Assembly (NCBI GenBank): GCA_035288785.1
Contig: DATDZF010000027.1
Coordinates: 1-41,689 of the forward strand
DNA from: Candidatus Norongarragalinales archaeon
GTDB taxonomy: Archaea > Micrarchaeota > Micrarchaeia > Norongarragalinales > SBBD01
DNA length: 41,689 nucleotides
Reading direction: 5' to 3'
The notes under the pieces were generated by a model. That model was not told the DNA's origin. It saw only the letters and a list, made by a program, of their open reading frames with translations, and did no database searches. Position numbers and translations under genes: made by a program. Of this stretch, positions 23,000-31,223 are shown in pieces; the stretch's first letter is position 1; the number at the start of each line of letters is the position of its first letter.

Positions 23000-24580
23000 C
23001 TAAATTCCAATCTGCTGCTTGATTGCCTTTTTTGCTGTCAAAAGGAATTTCCTTATTGCATCATCTGTATTCGGGAAAGATGCGCCGGCCGCAACCGAAT
23101 GGCCTCCCCCGAACCCTCCAGCTTCCTTGCTTGAATTGCCCATCACTTCCCCTAAATCAAGCCCCTTTTCAACTAGCCCCCTCCAGGCCCTTGATGAGCC
23201 CTTTACCTGGTTGCTCTCATCGACTGCGAGGGCGATGATGGGCTTTGTGCGCTCAATCAAGCCGGAATTATAGTAACTTCCGGCAACCGAGCCGATTACC
23301 GTGTCGGGGATTTCCTTCCTTGCATCAAGGAGGTAAAATGCTCCCATGTCCTCCGTGAATTTTTTCGCGAAGGAGATTGATTTGGAGATTTCCATGCGGT
23401 GCGCAAGCAGAAGGGAATGCGCCTCCTCGTAAGCGCCGGGCTCGTTCATGCAAAGCGAAATCCCCACATCATGCCTGCCGCCCCTGCCGCACGCATTGAG
23501 GAGGGATGAAAATTCATATGCATCGTAAAGCTCCGAATCGTTTTTCTCATGTGGGAACAGATACACCTCCCCAAGCATTGACTTGATTACCTCCTCGGCG
23601 ATGCGTTTCTCATAGCAATAGTACATAAGGCCCCCAATCAGCCTTATCCTATCCTCTTTAGGGAGGTCATAGTATCGCAGCCATTTCCGCTGGCCGTTTT
23701 CCTCCCGGAAGAGCGGGATGCCGGTTTTTTTCAGGAAGAGGGCACAGCCCTTCGCATTTCCCGTGAGCCCCGGAAGGAACGGCTCCGAGCAGAAATTCAG
23801 GAAGCTTACAAGGCTGCGCGAAACGCGCCCAAATAAGCGCAAATCAGAGATTACATCAACAACCTTGAATTTCCGTGCCTCTTGGAGCATCAAATAATTC
23901 AGCCCCCTAAGGCCCCTTATGTCCTGCACATCCCCAACTGCGCCGATGATCCCAAGCTGCGCCATTCTTTTTGCACATTCGACCGGGCTGCATTGCGAGA
24001 ACACGAAATAAGCCGCAGAGGAACTGCAAAGGTAGAATGACCCATCGATGTTGAAATTGTGGCAGTTTATTATCGTGAATGCATCGGACCTATTCGCAAT
24101 TGTTTCTGGAGAATGGTGGTCTATTTGCAGGATGCTTTTCCCGGCTAGTGCAATTTCATTTATCTTGCTGAGGAAGCCGGTGCCGATGTCCACGAATATC
24201 ACGTACTTGCACGGGTCGTTTCTGATATTTGCGATGATTGCATCGTCCATTTTCTTGACGGTAAGCATCCTGAAGGGGGTTTTGCGCTCCTTTAGGGCAA
24301 GCGCAACAATGGAGCCGGAGGCGAGCCCGTCGCAATCGAAATGGTTCACGATAAGGGCGTCCTTGAAGGTATCCAGGGTCCGCCGGCCTTCCCTTGAGGC
24401 AAAGGAGATGAAATCGGCGATGTCCTTTTCAGAAAGCCCCCCGGGGGCCGGGTTCTCCTGGGGATTGATTGATTGGCGCTCAAGGGGCTTTCCGCCAGGG
24501 GAACTGCCCGGCGCCTTAGCCGCTTTTCCCTCAAGCTCCTCGTGCGCATCTTCGAGGAAATCGAGAATTTTCCGGTTCAT
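23000..24580 (-). CDS. RecJ-like DHH/DHHA1 phosphoesterase (archaeal RecJ/GAN-type nuclease)
   Basis: DHH motif I NHFDCDGLASG, motif II VIFVDIGTG, motif III LQIDHHSP, and DHHA1 motif GGFGGGHSVAAGASF. About 70-aa disordered N-terminal extension. Confidence 0.85.
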   Translation of the reverse strand: MNRKILDFLEDAHEELEGKAAKAPGSSPGGKPLERQSINPQENPAPGGLSEKDIADFISFASREGRRTLDTFKDALIVNHFDCDGLASGSIVALALKERKTPFRMLTVKKMDDAIIANIRNDPCKYVIFVDIGTGFLSKINEIALAGKSILQIDHHSPETIANRSDAFTIINCHNFNIDGSFYLCSSSAAYFVFSQCSPVECAKRMAQLGIIGAVGDVQDIRGLRGLNYLMLQEARKFKVVDVISDLRLFGRVSRSLVSFLNFCSEPFLPGLTGNAKGCALFLKKTGIPLFREENGQRKWLRYYDLPKEDRIRLIGGLMYYCYEKRIAEEVIKSMLGEVYLFPHEKNDSELYDAYEFSSLLNACGRGGRHDVGISLCMNEPGAYEEAHSLLLAHRMEISKSISFAKKFTEDMGAFYLLDARKEIPDTVIGSVAGSYYNSGLIERTKPIIALAVDESNQVKGSSRAWRGLVEKGLDLGEVMGNSSKEAGGFGGGHSVAAGASFPNTDDAIRKFLLTAKKAIKQQIGI

Positions 24581-24696
24581 AATTCAGGCCCAGCATGAAA
24601 GGAAAAGAGAATGTTAATAAATAATAGGCTGATGAGTAATATCAAGGGGGCATATAGGGCAGCAATCCTGATTTTGGAACAGAAGAGGTGGGCGTT

Positions 24697-25461
24697 ATGG
24701 CAGTCGAATGGCTTGTGCTGGGTTTTTTCATCATCATATTTGCGTTCATGAGCATCAAGATAGTAGATCAGTATGAACGCGCGGTAAAATTCCGGCTGGG
24801 GAAGTACGTTGGAACCCTTGAGCCGGGGCTCAATTTCGTCATCCCCGTCATTGAGAGGATCGTGATGGTGGACATTAGGCTGCAGACAATAGACATCCCC
24901 GCGCAGCAGGTGATCACGAAGGACAACGTTCCCGTGCAGGTGAATGGCGTCATATATTTCAAGGTCAGCAGCCCTGAAATTGCCATAATCAAGATCCAGA
25001 ATTTCGGCTATGCGATCTCGCAGTATGCCCAAACCGCCCTAAAGGATGTTGTGGGCGGCATGAGCCTTGACCAGCTTTTGGCCGAGCGGGACGAGATTGG
25101 CAAGGCAATCGAGCAGCTTGTGGAGAAGGAAACCAAGGATTGGGGGATGGAAGTCGAGGTCATAAAGATGCAGGATATCGACATGCCCGAGGAATTGAAA
25201 CGGATAATGTCAAGGCAGGCGGCAGCTGAAAGGGAGAAGCGCGCAAACATCACAAAATCCGAGGGAGATAAGCTTGCAGCAGTCAATCTTGCAGCCGCAG
25301 CAAAGCTGATGGCGGAATCGCCCGGGGCAATGCAGCTCCGGACGCTTCAGACAATTGACGGCCTTGGGCCAACTCCCAGCAACACGGTGGTGATGTTCCC
25401 GATAGATATCTTAGAAACATTGAGGTCGTTCTCGGATTGGATGAAGGCAAAGAAGAAATAA
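24697..25461 (+). CDS. SPFH/Band-7 stomatin-like protein
   Basis: N-terminal TM helix, then IKIVDQYERAVKFRLGKYVGTLEPGLNFVIPVIERIVMVDIRLQTIDIPAQQVITKDNVPVQVNGVIYFKV. GAGGTGG SD 6 nt before the ATG at 24697. Confidence 0.9.
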   Translation: MAVEWLVLGFFIIIFAFMSIKIVDQYERAVKFRLGKYVGTLEPGLNFVIPVIERIVMVDIRLQTIDIPAQQVITKDNVPVQVNGVIYFKVSSPEIAIIKIQNFGYAISQYAQTALKDVVGGMSLDQLLAERDEIGKAIEQLVEKETKDWGMEVEVIKMQDIDMPEELKRIMSRQAAAEREKRANITKSEGDKLAAVNLAAAAKLMAESPGAMQLRTLQTIDGLGPTPSNTVVMFPIDILETLRSFSDWMKAKKK

Positions 25462-25492
25462 TTGATTCGCAAAATAAACAGAAGGGGTAAGG

Positions 25493-25529
25493 CGACACGA
25501 TAGGGGGAACTGGTTCCCCATTTGTGTCG
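25493..25529 (+). other. 37-nt two-tier hairpin 3' of the stomatin gene
   Basis: CGACAC-GATA-GGGGAAC-TG-GTTCCCC-ATTT-GTGTCG: a 6-bp outer stem, a 4x4 internal loop and a 6-7-bp inner stem. No adjacent T-tract. Confidence 0.45.
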
Positions 25530-25715
25530 ATTGGATGAAGATTAAGAAGAAATGATAGATGTGCTATCGCACTGGAAGAAACCGCATTGGGAAGTGGTTG
25601 GCAATAATGCCGATACGTACTTTTGCAAATACCCCAAACCAGCATGAAATAATTACAAATATCGCATCAAAGCACCGTCAGCAGAAACCGGGAGCCATAT
25701 TTCGAGGTGGTCAGG

Positions 25716-26789
25716 ATGGAGGGATTGATCAGAAGCGTAGAGACTATTGACGGGGAGGAAACACTTTCGAAAGGGCTCAAGCGGCTGGCCGATAGCGAGA
25801 TGCTGGTGGTCACGAGGAATGGCAAGTACGCAGGAGAGCTAAGGGCGGATATGCTATTGCGGTTCAAGGCGGACGCCGATGTGGAGAAAATCAGGAAGGT
25901 GGCACGCAAGGGCAGCATAGTGTCCGAAAGGGATGCGGGCAAGTTCGGCACGCTATTTGAGAAATTCTCAAAATCCGGGATGCGCTGGCTTGTGGTGGTT
26001 TCAGCAATGGGCAAGCCCGTTGGGATGGTGCATGCACAGGACTTGCTCAGGTCAGTTGCGGATTCGGTGAAAGGGCAGGACGTGCGCGAGTGCATGGAGA
26101 AGGTAATAACGGTAGATGCGGGAACGCCATCAGACAAGGCGGAGGAATTGATGGTGAAGAGCAATGTCAGGGAGCTTGCTGTTTTCGATGGGGGAAAATT
26201 TGCGGGCGTCCTAACGGCAAGGGATATAGCGGTAAAGATCAAGCCTTACATGCGAAAGAAGCTGCACACGATCAAGCCGCGGGAAATGATGGATGTTGAA
26301 AAGGAGCCGGTCCGGAGCATCCTCACGCCGGAATTCGAGATAAGGAAGGCGCAGCTTGGAATGGGAATCGGGGAAGCCCTAAGGGCTGCGGATTTCGAGG
26401 AGGCCTACATTTTCGAGGGCCAGAAATTGAAGGGGCGGCTTTCCTATTACAAGATATTGAAGGGCCTTGAGCTCGTGGAGCCGGCGCATATAGAAGTATC
26501 GGGGCTCACTTCCGAGGAAAATATGTTCAAGGAGTCAATATTCGAGGAATGCGCCTTGCTCCTTAGGAAGTTCGGGAAGGGCGGGCGCATCCACTTGCAC
26601 ATCAAAAGCTCCCGCAAGGGAAAGGAAAAGAAGATTTTCGAGATACACGGCCGGCTAGAAATCGGTAAGATGAGCTTTGTATGCACGACCCCGGAAATAC
26701 AAGGCCACAAGGAAAACTGGGATTTGGGGATGGCCGTTGCAGAAGTGCTCGCCGAGCTGAAAAAATCATACCTGAAAAGGAAGGGGTAA
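25716..26789 (+). CDS. four-CBS-motif protein with C-terminal HPF/RaiA (S30AE)-like domain
   Basis: Four CBS-like units (e.g. VITVDAGTPSDKAEELMVKSNVRELAVFDGGKFAGVLTARDIA). The C-terminal 100 aa has a beta-alpha-beta-beta-beta-alpha pattern resembling HPF/YfiA. GAGGTGG SD before the ATG at 25716. The CDS call is firm; the C-terminal domain assignment is tentative. Confidence 0.75.
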   Translation: MEGLIRSVETIDGEETLSKGLKRLADSEMLVVTRNGKYAGELRADMLLRFKADADVEKIRKVARKGSIVSERDAGKFGTLFEKFSKSGMRWLVVVSAMGKPVGMVHAQDLLRSVADSVKGQDVRECMEKVITVDAGTPSDKAEELMVKSNVRELAVFDGGKFAGVLTARDIAVKIKPYMRKKLHTIKPREMMDVEKEPVRSILTPEFEIRKAQLGMGIGEALRAADFEEAYIFEGQKLKGRLSYYKILKGLELVEPAHIEVSGLTSEENMFKESIFEECALLLRKFGKGGRIHLHIKSSRKGKEKKIFEIHGRLEIGKMSFVCTTPEIQGHKENWDLGMAVAEVLAELKKSYLKRKG

Positions 26790-26846
26790 AACGCCTGGCC
26801 GCCCTCCTCGCAAAAACGGTAATCCATAGAGGCAGAGTGGTTGCTG

Positions 26847-28109
26847 ATGATCGACTTACTTCGTAAACTATTCGCAGGGGGGAAAAATGAGAAGAAGCCC
26901 CAAGAGCCCCTTCCAAAGGAAATGCGCCTTAGCCCTAAGGATTTGGAGCCCTACCTCCAAGCCGAGCTCGACTTAAGGCTAAAAGGATTCTACGGCAAGG
27001 CAGACGGGAGGATCAAGGCGATAATTGCGCTCTTCAAGGAGATCGAGGCGGCCGCATTGGAATTTTCCAAAAAGACCCTGAGCGTCGAAAACCCGCAGTA
27101 TGAAAAAATTGCAAAGCAGATGAAGGAAAACTACTTTTCGAGGATCCCAAAAATTCTGGGGGGGGTAAAAAGGCCCGAAAAAATGGACTACGAATCCATA
27201 ATGAAATTCCATGGCGAGACGCTGCAAGCGATGCTGCAAATAACGAAAATAACCTCCGACAATAGGTACCTCGTCATATTCTACAAGGAGGAATTCGGAA
27301 AGCTAGGCGGCCCAATCAAGGCGCTTTCTGAGGAGGAGGACGCCCTCGGAAAGCTGGTGGCGGAAAATTCCCCCACATACGAAAGCGCAGGGCGAATTGG
27401 TAGCAGCATTCGCACGGCACATGCATTGATCGCAGAAATTGAAGAAAAAAACCTAAGAAAAGCGGGCCTGGAAGCGGGATTGGAGGAATCGGCGGGCAGG
27501 TACCGGAAATCCGAGGAAGAATCAGAGATGGAAAAAGCGATCATCCTTGATCGGCGCAAAAAGGAGCTGGAAGGAATAATATCCGGCTACAAGGGCGGAA
27601 TTGCAGCGCTCATCCAGCCTATGGAAAGGCTGCTTAGGAAGTTTGAGAAGGCATCATCGGATAGGAAACTTGGGAAAACCGCGGATGCATATCTAAAGGA
27701 CCACCTGGCAGCTGCCAGGAGCGAGGGGATTGAGCTTTCCGAACTTAGGGCGCTTTGCACCGAGATTGGGAAATTGCTTGTGGAAAATAAAATCGAGGAA
27801 GAAGCGAGGGATAAGAATAAGCATTTGGGGATAATCCGCAGGATCCTTGCTGGCGAGGTAAGGGAGCTCATGGAAAGGCTTGGGAAGGCGGAAAGGGAAC
27901 TCGAGGGGGTCGAGGTGCAAATACGGGGATCGCATGCCCTGCTGGAAGGATTCGCCCGCTCAAAAAGGGCTATTTCTGATAGCGAAACAAAGGTTGCAAA
28001 CGCATCCGCAGAAATTGCTGCCGACACGAAGGCATTAATGGAATTGGCAGTTGGAATTGAGAAGGAGGCGGGCGGGTTTTTGGGTGCAAGACTGACTCTA
28101 GATATTTAA
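26847..28109 (+). CDS. hypothetical all-alpha coiled-coil protein (about 420 aa)
   Basis: Long uninterrupted ORF with heptad-like E/K/L/A-rich composition. No catalytic motif recognised. Confidence 0.55.
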   Translation: MIDLLRKLFAGGKNEKKPQEPLPKEMRLSPKDLEPYLQAELDLRLKGFYGKADGRIKAIIALFKEIEAAALEFSKKTLSVENPQYEKIAKQMKENYFSRIPKILGGVKRPEKMDYESIMKFHGETLQAMLQITKITSDNRYLVIFYKEEFGKLGGPIKALSEEEDALGKLVAENSPTYESAGRIGSSIRTAHALIAEIEEKNLRKAGLEAGLEESAGRYRKSEEESEMEKAIILDRRKKELEGIISGYKGGIAALIQPMERLLRKFEKASSDRKLGKTADAYLKDHLAAARSEGIELSELRALCTEIGKLLVENKIEEEARDKNKHLGIIRRILAGEVRELMERLGKAERELEGVEVQIRGSHALLEGFARSKRAISDSETKVANASAEIAADTKALMELAVGIEKEAGGFLGARLTLDI

Positions 28110-28221
28110 TCCTGCCATCGAGGCGGGCCCTTGTGGGCATCCGAATTATGTTGAATTCCCTATCGAGTTGGTTTTTAAGGCTGTGAGGGAGTTATAATTA
28201 CAGGGAAAGGGGGCGCCTATC

Positions 28222-28734
28222 ATGGATTTTGCCAGCATCGCATTCGGAGGGTTCTGGCGAAGGCTGCTTGCACTCATCATCGACAGCTTCATCGTGGGGG
28301 TGCCGTTTTGGATGATTGCAATTTTGCGCGGCAATTTCCTTGACAGCCTGGCATGGCTCCAACAGGCAATGCTGGCCTCCGACATCGCCTATTACGTTTA
28401 TTTTGAGGGAATGCAGGGGGCCACTTTGGGCAAGCGCGCCGTGGGGTTGGCGCTGGTTAAAGAGGATGGCACGTACCCGGTTGGATGGCAGACGGCGCTG
28501 TTTAGGTATTTTGCAAGGACGGCATCGTTTTTAATCCTTGGAATCGGCGTGCTAATGGTTGCATTCAGTGCAAAAAAGCAGGGCCTCCATGATAGGCTGG
28601 CAAGGACCCTTGTTGTAGCGTCTGGAAGCCTCGAAGGGATAATCATGGAACGGGAAGCGTCGAGTGCGCCACTTGCCGTTGGGAAAATGAAGGGAAGGAG
28701 AGTTGTGCACGCAAAGGCAAAACGGGGAAAGTGA
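28222..28734 (+). CDS. RDD-family membrane protein
   Basis: FWRRLLALIIDSFIVGVPFWMIA ... LGKRAVGLALVKEDG ... KKQGLHDRLARTLVV gives the R..D..D spacing and TM layout of the RDD domain. Confidence 0.8.
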   Translation: MDFASIAFGGFWRRLLALIIDSFIVGVPFWMIAILRGNFLDSLAWLQQAMLASDIAYYVYFEGMQGATLGKRAVGLALVKEDGTYPVGWQTALFRYFARTASFLILGIGVLMVAFSAKKQGLHDRLARTLVVASGSLEGIIMEREASSAPLAVGKMKGRRVVHAKAKRGK

Positions 28735-28735
28735 A

Positions 28736-29125
28736 ATGGACGAAAAGGGGCTCGTTTATGCATTGGCATTTGTTGGGATCGTGACCCTTGCGCTTCAGAC
28801 ATACGTTGCATCGCAGAATGCGCAAAAGATCCGGGAGGCGCTTCCGCCACTTCTTGAATCCGCGCTTTGCTACAGGGAGGGGGGCTCTGTGCTGCTATCC
28901 CTGCCGGCAAATGTGGAAAACTGCAGGAAGATTGAGAAAATATACCGCAACTTTGGGTCGAACCTTTGCGATTTTTTCCCAAATAGGCGCGGGAGCTGCG
29001 AAAAAATAGCCGAAATAGCTGATGAGCGCTACATGGATTGCATTGGAGGCTTGTTCAGCAATGAATACAAATATAGCGAGGGCTATCCGCAGGCCGAGCA
29101 ATATTGCAAGGAATTCGAGGGTTAG
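28736..29125 (+). CDS. small N-terminally anchored Cys-containing exported protein
   Basis: The ATG lies 1 nt after the RDD stop. TM LVYALAFVGIVTLALQTYV is followed by a 6-Cys soluble part. No known motif. Confidence 0.45.
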   Translation: MDEKGLVYALAFVGIVTLALQTYVASQNAQKIREALPPLLESALCYREGGSVLLSLPANVENCRKIEKIYRNFGSNLCDFFPNRRGSCEKIAEIADERYMDCIGGLFSNEYKYSEGYPQAEQYCKEFEG

Positions 29126-29127
29126 GA

Positions 29128-30012
29128 ATGGCTTTGAAAAACGGGCTGAAAATCAAGGGGGCAGATGCAAACGCCAAAGAAGCTATAAGCGGGGAATTCA
29201 GCTTCGAGGAATGCATAATTGGCCCATTCAAGCTCGTGAGGGAAGAGCCAAAAACCATGCTTCCAAGCGTCCTGGAGTGGATTCCGATGCTCATAATCGC
29301 AGTTGTGCTTGGGGATTTCCTCACGAAATACACTTATCTTGCAGGCAAATTCGCAAGCGCAGTGCAGAGCAACGACCCAACCATCCTATTCTCGGTCTTT
29401 AACGACTTGCTGGGCGCATTCATCAAGTACCTCCCTGATTTCGTGCTGATCGGCCTTTTATACGTGCTGATTTCAAATTTCCTGGCACTAGCATACTCCC
29501 ATATGGTCATGCAAAAACGCAGTGGGAAAGGAATTTTAATTGCGGAGGCATTTGGCGCCGCGAAAGGCCGCCTTCCGGGATTGCTTGTTGCCAACTTGCT
29601 GTTCACACTGACCGCATGCCTGGCGGGCATGGCATTCCTGCTCCTAATCATGCTCAGCAGCCTCCTTGGGATATTCGGGATTTTAGTTGCAATCATGGCT
29701 TTCATCATGCTGATTGTTGCCGCTTTTGTCCTGGGAATTGCAGGCTGGGTCCTCTCACCTATGATTATGATCGGCGGGAAGGGGGGGATGGAAGCATTTG
29801 CGGAGTCTATCCCATTTGCCTGGAAGAACATAAAGAGGGGGATAGCGGTAGTATTGGTAGCATTCGTGGTATCCGTGATCCTCGATCAGCTTGTAGCCGC
29901 ATTTACAGGAATACCATACGCCGGCCTTGCTGTTGCGAGCATGATTGGGCTTGCGGTCAATTCCTGGAAGGCGATGGTGCCCGCAGAATTCTACAGCGAA
30001 TCCGTGGAATGA
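29128..30012 (+). CDS. polytopic membrane protein (DUF-type, 5-6 TM)
   Basis: The ATG lies 2 nt after the previous stop. Several long hydrophobic segments (LLVANLLFTLTACLAGMAFLLLIML, GILVAIMAFIMLIVAAFVLGIAGWVL, etc.). Confidence 0.6.
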   Translation: MALKNGLKIKGADANAKEAISGEFSFEECIIGPFKLVREEPKTMLPSVLEWIPMLIIAVVLGDFLTKYTYLAGKFASAVQSNDPTILFSVFNDLLGAFIKYLPDFVLIGLLYVLISNFLALAYSHMVMQKRSGKGILIAEAFGAAKGRLPGLLVANLLFTLTACLAGMAFLLLIMLSSLLGIFGILVAIMAFIMLIVAAFVLGIAGWVLSPMIMIGGKGGMEAFAESIPFAWKNIKRGIAVVLVAFVVSVILDQLVAAFTGIPYAGLAVASMIGLAVNSWKAMVPAEFYSESVE

Positions 30013-30171
30013 AAAATCGCATCCGGCTATTGGCGGAGCGGGTCCACCGGAATGCATCAACGTGCCATGCAACAAGAACGCCACTACTAGATGCATCCAA
30101 GAGCCAAGGCCATTCCTTGCTTCACACGCAAAATGACTAATCTTTATAAGGGGGGAATTTGTAATCAGAAG

Positions 30172-31101
30172 ATGGTTCTCGAATTCAGGCGGGATTCAAC
30201 GAAGGATTCATTGGTCCTGATCGCCAACGAGCGCGGGAAGCGGCCCGTCGTATATGGCATGCAGCCCGCATGCCCGTTTTGCAAGGGCGGGGAAGCAAAT
30301 ACGCCCCCGACGCGCTACGCCTTGCCAAGTGATAAGGACTGGCGGGTGCGCGCATTCGACAACGTATTTGCGCTCGTGGGGACGGAGGGCAAGTACATCG
30401 AAATAAATTCCATCAACCCTGCCTCCTACGCATACGGCCGCCATGAAGTGATCGTGGAAAGCGACGTGCACGAGGAGCTCTTCCATGAGCTTGGCGAGCT
30501 GCAGCTGAAATTCGCATTCAACGTGTACAAGCATAGGTTCGAGGAACTAATGGCGGATGAATGCGCAAAATACGTGCACCTGTTCAAAAACCATGGCAGG
30601 AACGCTGGCGCAAGCATCGAGCATGAGCATTCCCAAATACTCTCATTCCCGTTTGTGCCAGAACTCATAGGAAAGGAAGTGAAAAACCTTCAGGAGTCTG
30701 AAAAAAAGGGCAAGTGCCTCATCTGCGAACTTTTATCCAAGGAGGCGGATAACATATTAATCGACAATGACTATTTCAGCGCCATTTGCCCCTCGTTTTC
30801 AAGGTTTGCAAACGAGATCTGGATCGTCCCAAAGGCGCATCTTTCCAGCATCGCGGATTTGACGGAAGCGCAGGGCCTGCATATGATGAGGCTGCTCAAG
30901 GAATGCATCCGGAGGGTGCACTTCATTGTCAAGGACTACAATATTGTTTACCATAACGCCCCAAAGGGGATGGAATCCCATTTCCATGTTGAAATTTACC
31001 CCCGGAGCGGCTATTGGGCGGGAGTGGAATTGGGGACGGGGGTAATTGTCAACCAGAAGAGCGAAAAGGACGCGCTTCAGACGCTAAGAGCCGTGAAATA
31101 A
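30172..31101 (+). CDS. GalT-like HIT-superfamily nucleotidyltransferase (galactose-1-phosphate uridylyltransferase / ADP-glucose phosphorylase family, COG1085)
   Basis: N-terminal zinc motif CPFCKGGE, active-site KNHGRNAGASIEHEHSQI (HxHxQ) and second half-domain CLICELL...HFHVEIYPR. Confidence 0.8.
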   Translation: MVLEFRRDSTKDSLVLIANERGKRPVVYGMQPACPFCKGGEANTPPTRYALPSDKDWRVRAFDNVFALVGTEGKYIEINSINPASYAYGRHEVIVESDVHEELFHELGELQLKFAFNVYKHRFEELMADECAKYVHLFKNHGRNAGASIEHEHSQILSFPFVPELIGKEVKNLQESEKKGKCLICELLSKEADNILIDNDYFSAICPSFSRFANEIWIVPKAHLSSIADLTEAQGLHMMRLLKECIRRVHFIVKDYNIVYHNAPKGMESHFHVEIYPRSGYWAGVELGTGVIVNQKSEKDALQTLRAVK

Positions 31102-31192
31102 TAATTTAGCAAGGCAGAATCGGTACGCTAGCTAATTCTATATGTGTTGGCCAAGCTAACAGCGGGGGGGTTTGGGCATTTGACCAAAAACT

Positions 31193-31212
31193 AAGGGGGG
31201 TCGCCCCCCCTT
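31193..31212 (-). terminator. GC hairpin followed by T5 on the minus strand (terminator-like), between convergent genes
   Basis: AAGGGGGG-TCGC-CCCCCCTT (8-bp stem). On the minus strand it is followed directly by GTTTTTGG. Lies 12 nt after the lipoprotein gene stop. Confidence 0.5.
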
Positions 31213-31223
31213 GGGTTGGTCAG

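Noticed and set aside
24577-25032. 151-aa minus-strand ORF spanning the recJ-stomatin intergenic region, considered as a possible NfeD-like partner
   Set aside because: It overlaps the stomatin coding region in antisense and has no NfeD OB-fold or protease motifs. Most of it is a shadow of the stomatin frame.
25530-25610. Possible C/D-box sRNA (GGATGAAG and AATGATAG resemble C/C' boxes)
   Set aside because: No CTGA D/D' boxes at the required spacing and no terminal stem.
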